In this document: positions 25,920-32,641 of the stretch, one piece after another | Position numbering within the stretch: the stretch's first letter is position 1 | Layout: every line of letters begins with the position of its first letter | The notes under the pieces: generated by a model | Databases searched by the model: none | The model's input: the letters and a program-made list of their open reading frames with translations, nothing else | Told to the model about the DNA's origin: nothing | IMG/VR virus record: IMGVR_UViG_3300037483_001801 | Location: 1-32,641 of that record | Strand: one strand, 5' to 3' | DNA from: a virus | Taxonomy: Duplodnaviria > Caudoviricetes | Length of the DNA stretch: 32,641 bases | Translations under genes and position numbers: made by a program

Positions 25920-26480
25920 ATGACCTTATTCAAGCTTCAGACAGAAAGCGGATATCCCTTCGACGAAGTGGCCTCGGCCCTTCAGAAGGCCATCCGCCGG
26001 GGTCTCGAAGAAGAGGCCATGTACTGGGCGGCCGAGATGGAGACGCGCTTTCCGGATTACCTCTGGAAGCGCCTCCAGGTTATCTCGGTGGAAGACATCG
26101 GGATAGCCGACATGCCGGCGGTCCTCTACGTTGCGGAGATGAGGCGGCTTTATCAGGAGCTCAAGAAGGAATACGACAAAGAGCCCAAGAGAAAGTCGCG
26201 GTCCTTCCGTATGGCCCTGGCCAACGCGATCCTGGCCCTCTGCCGGGCGAAGAAGAGCCGCATCGGAGATGAATTCCAGATCGTCATCTACGGCCGCCGC
26301 GAGGCCGGCTGGAAGATCGACATCCCCGATCACGCGCTCGACATGCACACCAGCAGAGGCCGGGGGATGAAGAGAGGCGCCGCACATTTCTGGACTGAAG
26401 GCACAAAGCTCTCCAACGAAGCCAGGATTAAAAACCCCTATTCCGAGGAGGCCGTGGAGATCCGCACGAAAAAAGGATAG
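25920..26480 (+). CDS. Stand-alone MgsA/RarA C-terminal-like domain protein (no ATPase domain)
   Basis: SALQKAIRRG..AMYWA...WKRL..ISVEDIGIAD; PDHALDMHT.RG; no Walker motifs. Confidence 0.8.
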   Translation: MTLFKLQTESGYPFDEVASALQKAIRRGLEEEAMYWAAEMETRFPDYLWKRLQVISVEDIGIADMPAVLYVAEMRRLYQELKKEYDKEPKRKSRSFRMALANAILALCRAKKSRIGDEFQIVIYGRREAGWKIDIPDHALDMHTSRGRGMKRGAAHFWTEGTKLSNEARIKNPYSEEAVEIRTKKG

Positions 26481-26484
26481 ACGC

Positions 26485-26518
26485 AAAAGGGGCGTCCCGA
26501 CGGTAATCGGGACGCCCC
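26485..26518. terminator. Intrinsic terminator-like hairpin
   Basis: GGGGCGTCCCGA/TCGGGACGCCCC 12-bp stem with A4 on the 5' side. Confidence 0.65.
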
Positions 26519-26558
26519 GCACTAACCCGCTAACCCGACAGAGAAAGGAGCTAGTGAA

Positions 26559-26741
26559 ATGAGTTTATCAATCTACTGGAAAAATGTCAAAACCCGCTAC
26601 CCGCGTTACACCTGGGTAGGAAACAGGATCTCCCCCGACGCCATGGCCGAGATGTACATGATCAGACAGGCCACCGGCAAGCCCATCACACGACAGGTAG
26701 CAGAGGCCGTCGAACAGTATCTCAAAGCAGGGAGGAGGTAA
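26559..26741 (+). CDS. Ribbon-helix-helix-like small regulator
   Basis: RISPDAMAEM....TGKPITRQVAEAVEQYL. Confidence 0.65.
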   Translation: MSLSIYWKNVKTRYPRYTWVGNRISPDAMAEMYMIRQATGKPITRQVAEAVEQYLKAGRR

Positions 26742-26746
26742 AGAAG

Positions 26747-26902
26747 ATGGCTATACCTGTCCTGGAACTAATGAAATGGCTGAAAACCTTCAAACCCGAT
26801 GATCTCGTGGGGATCGACGAAGGAGGGATCGAACTCCGGATCGTCGGCAACGACGTCGCCTATTACGAAATCGGCGGACTGCCCGACGAGGACGAGGAGT
26901 GA
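26747..26902 (+). CDS. Small acidic protein (51 aa, not in ORF track)
   Basis: MAIPVLELMKWLKTFKPDDLVGIDEGGIELRIVGNDVAYYEIGGLPDEDEE; SD GGAGGAGG. Confidence 0.7.
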   Translation: MAIPVLELMKWLKTFKPDDLVGIDEGGIELRIVGNDVAYYEIGGLPDEDEE

Positions 26903-26903
26903 C

Positions 26904-27611
26904 ATGGGCGACGACACAAAAGAGATCATCAAACAACTGGAGATTATCACCCAGCGGGGCTTCAACGCCCGAACCGTCTTCGAAGACTGGATCACCCTCA
27001 TGTTTTGGGCCCTGCAAAGAAACGACGACGAATACTTGAAGGTTGTCGGCCGATATCGAAACGAGCGGCCCCAGGGCGAGAGGGAGATCGATCATTTCTC
27101 TTACGCCTTCGGGCTCCTCATGAAGAAGATGGCCGATACGAACAGAGAGCTCCTCGGCGAGATCTACATGCTGTGGGAAGTCCAGAACAAATACACCGGC
27201 CAGTTCTTCACGCCCTGGACTGTGGCCTATATGATGGCCCAGATGCTACAACCGACCGGAGGCTGCATAAATGACCCCTGCTGCGGCTCCGGCCTCATGT
27301 TCATCGCCGCCGCCAAGACGATGACAAACGAGCAGCTCGACAATACCGTCTTCGTCGGTCAGGACATCGACTTCACCTGTGTCATGATGTGCGCCCTCAA
27401 TCTCACGTTCTTCAACCTCAACGGATACGTCATTCATGGGAATACCCTGGCATTGGAAAGACGCCGGATATTCCGGACAACGCGATCCTACATGGGAGGG
27501 AGCATCGCAGAGATCCCCGTGGAGAAGATCGAACCGGAAGAATTGAAAGTTATCGAGAAGGCGGTCCGGGAGCCAGCTATGCTGAAGATCGTCCAGCCGG
27601 GGTTATTCTAA
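26904..27611 (+). CDS. N6-adenine MTase-like protein (HsdM-like SAM-binding part, no NPPY/F motif)
   Basis: GQFFTP, DPCCGSG, GQDID, GNTL. Confidence 0.8.
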   Translation: MGDDTKEIIKQLEIITQRGFNARTVFEDWITLMFWALQRNDDEYLKVVGRYRNERPQGEREIDHFSYAFGLLMKKMADTNRELLGEIYMLWEVQNKYTGQFFTPWTVAYMMAQMLQPTGGCINDPCCGSGLMFIAAAKTMTNEQLDNTVFVGQDIDFTCVMMCALNLTFFNLNGYVIHGNTLALERRRIFRTTRSYMGGSIAEIPVEKIEPEELKVIEKAVREPAMLKIVQPGLF

Positions 27612-27702
27612 GGCCGCTTTTTTGCATCCAAAATTCCGCTTTATCCTTAGGCCTTTCCGTCTCTTAACCCGCAGGCAGACTCTTTGCATTCCTATGTTTT
27701 CT

Positions 27703-27760
27703 TCTTATAACCCTATGTAAAAAAACGATTTTACAGAGGCCCCCTGTCTGTGGGAGCCTA
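27703..27760 (+). repeat. 58-bp bipartite direct repeat, copy 2
   Basis: 24-bp and 17-bp blocks identical to 25800-25857 with the same spacing. Confidence 0.9.
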
Positions 27761-27786
27761 AGCATGAGGTTAAGAAAGGAGGCCGC

Positions 27787-28029
27787 ATGGACGCAAAGAC
27801 ATTACAGCATTTCAGGGACATGGCGGACGATCTTTCGAAGAGAAAGAAACAGGACATAACAATTTCCTTCACCACGAAGGAAGGCGGAAAGGAGGTGATA
27901 CAGGCGAAATATGACGGGATGTTCTCGACCGTCGAACTCGGGAACGCAACTGTTCCCGCAAGGGAACTCAGGCAATGGCTTAAGCTCCTCTATGGAGCGG
28001 ACGTAAAAACAGTGAACATAACGTATTAA
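27787..28029 (+). CDS. Hypothetical protein
   Basis: SD AGGAGG; 80 aa. Confidence 0.7.
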   Translation: MDAKTLQHFRDMADDLSKRKKQDITISFTTKEGGKEVIQAKYDGMFSTVELGNATVPARELRQWLKLLYGADVKTVNITY

Positions 28030-28060
28030 CCAGCTAACCCGACAAATAAGGAGATTCAAG

Positions 28061-29452
28061 ATGGAAAAGAAAGACACAACGATCACAGTAGCACACGACG
28101 TAAAAGGCAAGGCAGTTGCAGTGGTGACGGCCCCGGCAGTAAAGGAAGCCCCGAAGGCTGAGCAAAAACCTGAACAGAAGAAAGATGTAAAGAAGCCCGC
28201 CCTCAAAGTGGTCCCGAAGAAAGCAGCCGCGCCGAAACCGGAAACCGAGAAGAAGCCGGCTCCGAAAAAAGTCGCAAAGCCTGAATCCCGTCGGACAAGC
28301 GAAAAGCCGGCCAAGGCAGCAAAGAAAGAAGCGAAACCGGCTGCTCAGAAGAAGGCCGCGACACCGAAGACTGACAAGAAAGAGGAGAAGGTCGAGATCG
28401 TCATGCTCCGCATCGCCCGCAAGGAGTTTCAGGAGACCCTCTCTGTTGCCCGGTCCTTCACGGAACCGCGAACGACCATGCCGATTCTCAGTCACATTCT
28501 TTTAAGCGCGAACACAGGCGAATGCACTCTCACTGCAACGGATCTGGAAAAGTCCTGGACAAAGAAGCTCGAATGCTTCGGCGACGACGTGACCCGCTGC
28601 ATCCCTCTGGACATCCTCTATTCCGAGGTCAAGGCTCTCGATGCCGATATCGTAGAAGTCGAACTGCTCTTCGATGAAAAGTCCGTCAAGGTGAACAAAC
28701 GCTGTGAGATATTCACTCTCCCGGCAAAGGAGTTCCCCAAGTCCGTCGCATTCGAAGGCAAGAACGTCGATATCACGGGCCTGACCGAAAAGCTCACGAA
28801 GGTCCTCCCGGCAGTCGGAGAGAGCGACACCCGATACACTCTGAACGGCGTCTTCCTCGATCTCGAAAAAGGCATGATGGTCGGCACAGACGGCCACAGG
28901 ATGCACCTTGAACACATTCCCACGGATAAGGCCGGCCGCAAGATCATCATTCCCCGCCGGACAGCGGCTCTCATGGTCAAACACGAAGCGCCCAATGCTC
29001 TCGGGATCGGGAAGGCCTCGATCTCCTGCACCCTTGCCGGCGGCGTCATGATCTCCAGCCTCATCGAGGGGACCTATCCCACATACGAGGCTGTCATTCC
29101 GAAAGAGAACACGGTCCGGCTGATCTTCCACGGGGCAGAGCTCCTCAAGATCCTCGAAGGGGCTGTCCCTATCACATCGACGACCCATAACGCAATCAGG
29201 ATGATCATAAACGGCCGCCTGGAAATCGAGACGCAGAACCCGGACATGGGACACTATCGCTGGCACCTTCCCTGCGCCATCGAGGGCAAGAAAGGCGGCG
29301 AACTGCTCGTCGGCTTCAACGCGAAATACCTTATCGACGCGATCAAGGCGTATACCACGAAAGACAACGACCGCGTCGAGATGACGATGAACGAAGCCCT
29401 GACCCCATGCATGATCAACGCTGGCGCTATCGTCATGCCGTTGAGGGTGTAA
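28061..29452 (+). CDS. dnaN: DNA polymerase III beta-clamp homologue with ~110-aa Lys/Ala/Pro-rich N-terminal extension
   Basis: MPILSHILL, ATDLE, RYTLNGV, GTDGHR, EGTYP, GFNAKYL, terminal VMPLR. Confidence 0.88.
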   Translation: MEKKDTTITVAHDVKGKAVAVVTAPAVKEAPKAEQKPEQKKDVKKPALKVVPKKAAAPKPETEKKPAPKKVAKPESRRTSEKPAKAAKKEAKPAAQKKAATPKTDKKEEKVEIVMLRIARKEFQETLSVARSFTEPRTTMPILSHILLSANTGECTLTATDLEKSWTKKLECFGDDVTRCIPLDILYSEVKALDADIVEVELLFDEKSVKVNKRCEIFTLPAKEFPKSVAFEGKNVDITGLTEKLTKVLPAVGESDTRYTLNGVFLDLEKGMMVGTDGHRMHLEHIPTDKAGRKIIIPRRTAALMVKHEAPNALGIGKASISCTLAGGVMISSLIEGTYPTYEAVIPKENTVRLIFHGAELLKILEGAVPITSTTHNAIRMIINGRLEIETQNPDMGHYRWHLPCAIEGKKGGELLVGFNAKYLIDAIKAYTTKDNDRVEMTMNEALTPCMINAGAIVMPLRV

Positions 29453-29462
29453 GGGGGGAGCA

Positions 29463-30338
29463 ATGAAAAAGACCGGACACATCACAGACATCGAGCTTTC
29501 CCGGATATATCCTAACCCGGATCAGCCGAGAAAGGACTTCGATCAGGAGAAGCTCGAAGAACTCTCCATGTCCATCAGGGAATACGGGGTCCTGGAGCCG
29601 ATAGTGATCACACCCCGAGGAGAAAGGTTTATGATCATAGCAGGAGAGAGGCGTTACCGCGCCTCTCTCCTCGCCGGCCTCACGGCGATCCCCGCCAGGG
29701 TAATCGAGGCCGACGACGCCCTGGTCGAAGAACTGGCCCTCCTCGAAAACATCCAGAGGCAGGACCTGAACATCATCGAAGAGGGCAAAGCATACCGGCG
29801 GCTGCTCGACAGGGGCTGGACGGTCGAGGACCTGGCCAGGAAGCTGGGCTACAAAAAGACCGGCCCCATATACGACCGGCTGAGCCTGCTCAATCTCAGG
29901 AGCGAGTATCAGGACCTTGTCGTCAAGGGGGCACTCACTCCCTTACAGGCATACGAGATATCCCGGCTCCCTCAGGAGAAACAGGCCATCGCCTATCAGA
30001 AGGTTGTGAAAGGGGAGTTGAACACCTACAACAAGCTCTATGCCTTCGTCACCGCCATGATCACCCTCGAAAGCCAGGGCGAGATCTTCGCGCTCACCCC
30101 GCTGACCGAAGAGGAGAAAGAATCAATCTCCTCATTCGACGGCCTGATCAATTCAGTGGAAAGGTTCATCAAGAGGGTCTATGAACAGGACAAGGCCGCC
30201 CATCTCCAGAAGGCCGTCTTCCACTCCAATATCAACGGCGAAAGACTCGACCACATCATACACCAGCTCCAGAAAATCAGGCGGACCGTCCTCACAGGCG
30301 AGGGCGTCAAGAAAGCGATGAAGGTCAAGGCAGCATAG
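29463..30338 (+). CDS. ParB/Spo0J-family protein
   Basis: NPDQPRKDF, GVLEPI, IIAGERRYRA, ENIQRQDL, followed by HTH. Confidence 0.92.
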   Translation: MKKTGHITDIELSRIYPNPDQPRKDFDQEKLEELSMSIREYGVLEPIVITPRGERFMIIAGERRYRASLLAGLTAIPARVIEADDALVEELALLENIQRQDLNIIEEGKAYRRLLDRGWTVEDLARKLGYKKTGPIYDRLSLLNLRSEYQDLVVKGALTPLQAYEISRLPQEKQAIAYQKVVKGELNTYNKLYAFVTAMITLESQGEIFALTPLTEEEKESISSFDGLINSVERFIKRVYEQDKAAHLQKAVFHSNINGERLDHIIHQLQKIRRTVLTGEGVKKAMKVKAA

Positions 30339-30437
30339 GTATACCGCAGGTATATTTGTACCTTCGGTAGCTCAGCCCGTACACGCTCACGATGGGAAGC
30401 AGTACACGACCCGAGACGAGGACAGGCCGGGCTGAGC

Positions 30438-30470
30438 AAAAAGGCCGGGATATCCCGGCCTTTCTTTTTT
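30438..30470. terminator. Bidirectional intrinsic terminator
   Basis: AAAGGCCGGGATATCCCGGCCTTT perfect 24-bp palindrome with A and T tails. Confidence 0.8.
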
Positions 30471-30650
30471 CTGTCATTCCGGCGCTGGCCGGATTCTTTA
30501 CGCTCTATCAGGTTTTTAAAGGCACCTTCTCCAAAAAGGCAATACCAGACTACCCCCTCCTCTTTTTGAGGCCCTCTCAGGCCTGTTTTGGCTTGATATT
30601 TCGGCATTCCTGAGTTATTCTATTTCAACTTTTACAGATCGGGGGATCCC

Positions 30651-30854
30651 ATGACAAAGCCCAAAATAAGTTGTCAGCTCCGCCGCCGGCCGGACGGCGA
30701 AGTCTTCGGGGAAATGATCGGTGAAGACGGCCAGGTCCTGGATGCGAGATTTTTCGGAAAGTTTACCGAGAAAGAATTTGAGCGGTTGTTTGAAGTGATC
30801 AGGCAGGAGATGCCGTACACAACCATCGCCGATATAGAGCTTTCGGGCAACTGA
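30651..30854 (+). CDS. Small hypothetical protein
   Basis: 67 aa; GGGGG upstream of ATG. Confidence 0.6.
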   Translation: MTKPKISCQLRRRPDGEVFGEMIGEDGQVLDARFFGKFTEKEFERLFEVIRQEMPYTTIADIELSGN

Positions 30855-30899
30855 TTCTTCCGCCGATTACCTATAGCCCATCGCCCATAACCCTTCTCC

Positions 30900-30932
30900 C
30901 TGCCAGACTGCGCAAAGGTTTTCTGCTATGTA
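30900..30932 (+). promoter_or_regulatory. Putative activator-dependent late promoter, copy 2
   Basis: Colinear match to 18657-18689; putative -10 ends 6 bp before the terS ATG. Confidence 0.5.
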
Positions 30933-30938
30933 TAACGC

Positions 30939-31823
30939 ATGGCAGAAAAGGAAGATCTCAAGAAAAAGCTCGACGAGTTGGACGCCTCTGTTGACTGGGA
31001 GACTGCCCGGAAGCTATACAAAGCAAAGCTCGTTGCCCGGATCAATAAAGGGGAAATCGGACTCCTCGACGAACTTGAAAAACTGAAAAAGCTGGAAGAG
31101 CGCAAAGACCCGCCTCTTTCCGGTCTAAATCCTCCATCCGACGACGAACCCGAAGACGACGAGCCAGGCGTTCCTGAACGCCTCCGCTTTAAGCGGTCTT
31201 ACACCGTCACCGAGAAGGCCATCGCTGCCCGGCAGAAAAACGCACAGAAAAGCACGGGTCCGAAGACAGAAGAGGGGAAGAAGAATAGCTCGAAAAACGC
31301 ATGGAAGCACGGCCTGTTCGCTCAAAACTTCGTCATGAACAAGATCAAGCCGTGTCTTTCCACCTGCTCTCAGTACCCGTGTGAGCTGGTGGAAGACGGA
31401 ACAACCCAGCCGGGCGGGCAGTGCCTCGACAAAGCGGCAGTCGTGCAATTCTACTCCGCGATCTGCGAGGCCGTTCAGAACAAGAATTATTCCGAGTTCA
31501 ACGAACTGGCAGCCTTCACCCTGGCCCAGCACATCCATACGGTTCATCTCCTCGTCGAGGACATCCAGCGCGACGGTACGATCCTTAAGAAGGAGAAGCA
31601 CGACAAGAACGGAGCATATCTCGGCTACGAGGTCGTTCCGCATCCTTCCCTTCTTTCCCTGGCGAAACTCGTCGATTCCCTGAACATCACCCCCGGCGAG
31701 CTCATGATCACGCCCCAATCGATAGCAAAGAACAAAGTCGAGAAGAAAAAGGCCCAGACCCTTGCCGACATCTTCAGCGGCTTCGGTGTGACAGAAAGCA
31801 CAGAGGATGAAGAAGACGCATAG
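30939..31823 (+). CDS. Probable terminase small subunit
   Basis: NAQKSTGPKTEEGK...NAWKHG motif; HP.L....L.ITP C-terminus; directly upstream of terL. Confidence 0.65.
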   Translation: MAEKEDLKKKLDELDASVDWETARKLYKAKLVARINKGEIGLLDELEKLKKLEERKDPPLSGLNPPSDDEPEDDEPGVPERLRFKRSYTVTEKAIAARQKNAQKSTGPKTEEGKKNSSKNAWKHGLFAQNFVMNKIKPCLSTCSQYPCELVEDGTTQPGGQCLDKAAVVQFYSAICEAVQNKNYSEFNELAAFTLAQHIHTVHLLVEDIQRDGTILKKEKHDKNGAYLGYEVVPHPSLLSLAKLVDSLNITPGELMITPQSIAKNKVEKKKAQTLADIFSGFGVTESTEDEEDA

Positions 31824-31834
31824 CGTGCAAACTC

Positions 31835-31903
31835 TGTCATTCCGGCTTGCTTGCCCGCCGTTTGTGTGGAGGGTCCGGCCTGTCCCGGATTTGTCGGGAA
31901 ATC
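31835..31903 (+). repeat. Nested REP-like miniature repeats
   Basis: GTCATTCCGGCTT..CCGG..AATC interrupted by a CCGCC..GG element (22/26 to the reverse complement of 5574-5599) and CCTGTCCCG..CGGGA. Confidence 0.6.
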
Positions 31904-31942
31904 TTTTTTGTCTTTTGCTCTTAGCTCTCTGCCCTTTGCCCC

Positions 31943-32641
31943 ATGCCGGTAGTTGAAAAGCCCGAACCCATCCGCCTTCACGAGCTCGATAAAGGCATCC
32001 GGCTCCCCCGCGAGATCTTCGAGGTCTGGCTCGAAGCCTGGGACTGGACCTTTCATCAAATAGGCCGGAAAGAATTCCCCGCCCCTTTTACATCGATAGG
32101 AAATTTTCAGCTTGCCTGCATAGGGGCCGATCCGCTCCTCTGGGTGCAGTGCTTCCTGAGAGAGCCCGAGGACCCTGACCATAAGGACCCCTACAATCTT
32201 TTTAAATATCAGGAACCATCCCTTCGATACCCCAGCCACACAATACACAAGGATGGCGCCGAGGTCGGTAAAACCCGTGAGATTGTCGCCTATTGTTCCC
32301 ACAAGGCATACACGGTCCGAAACGGCTCCGGCCTTGTGGGAGCGCCCTTGCAGTCCCATCTGGAAGAGATCATCGAAGCCATGGACGATCAATGCACATG
32401 GAACCCTGATCTCGCTTCCGCACGCTGGCACAAACGGCACAAGGACGGATGGAAAAAGCATCCGCATCATGCCTTCTATTACACCAACGGCTTCAAGATA
32501 GACTTCAAGCCGGCCGGCGACAAAGGCGTCGCCTTCAGGGGCGTTCATGCCCGGACCTTTGCGATCCTGGACGAAGCGGCCAAGCTGAAGAACAAGCCCC
32601 AGTGGTCGGAGTTCTGGAGGGCGCTCAAACCCGGCTGCGTC
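31943..32641 (+). CDS. Terminase large subunit, N-terminal ATPase part (runs off window; not in ORF track)
   Basis: Open for 233 codons by hand translation; FKYQ Q-motif, GAEVGKT Walker A, RG..ART FAILDEAA Walker B. Confidence 0.85.
   Translation, partial: MPVVEKPEPIRLHELDKGIRLPREIFEVWLEAWDWTFHQIGRKEFPAPFTSIGNFQLACIGADPLLWVQCFLREPEDPDHKDPYNLFKYQEPSLRYPSHTIHKDGAEVGKTREIVAYCSHKAYTVRNGSGLVGAPLQSHLEEIIEAMDDQCTWNPDLASARWHKRHKDGWKKHPHHAFYYTNGFKIDFKPAGDKGVAFRGVHARTFAILDEAAKLKNKPQWSEFWRALKPGCV

Noticed and set aside
30337-30364. parS site downstream of parB (AGGTATACC / AGGTATA..TGTACCT)
   Set aside because: Short imperfect palindromes with no match to the canonical 16-bp parS; single occurrence
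31625-32548. 307-aa minus-strand ORF and the 82-aa ORF at 32253
   Set aside because: Shadows of the terminase large subunit frame starting at 31943

Overview
This window looks like the left or central part of a temperate phage or phage-like element. It runs from a leftward repressor/moron block (XRE-type repressor, HsdR_N-like PD-(D/E)xK protein, small membrane and exported proteins) through a divergent promoter into a long rightward early/replication operon. That operon holds a CII-like regulator, a short tyrosine recombinase, an SSB-like protein, an internally deleted C5-cytosine methyltransferase, a DndC-like PAPS-reductase protein, DUF1643 and a 1028-aa primase-helicase. It is followed by an AT-rich iteron/IHF origin-like region, a second tyrosine recombinase and a Mor-like activator. 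Next comes an accessory block (ParB-like protein, glycosyltransferase remnant, SNF2-IbrA-GNAT-IbrB operon, stand-alone RarA C-terminal domain, truncated N6-MTase, beta clamp with a histone-like tail, ParB), then the small terminase and the start of the large terminase. The most unusual feature is three dispersed arrays (12 copies) of a 12-bp palindrome, G(A/C)TAnATnTA(T/G)C. Eight of the nine intervals are exactly 44 bp (32-bp spacers), and the spacers are packed with 6-bp palindromes. Two of the arrays are inverted homologues flanking the origin/recombinase/Mor segment. All calls come from reading motifs by eye; no database searches were run.
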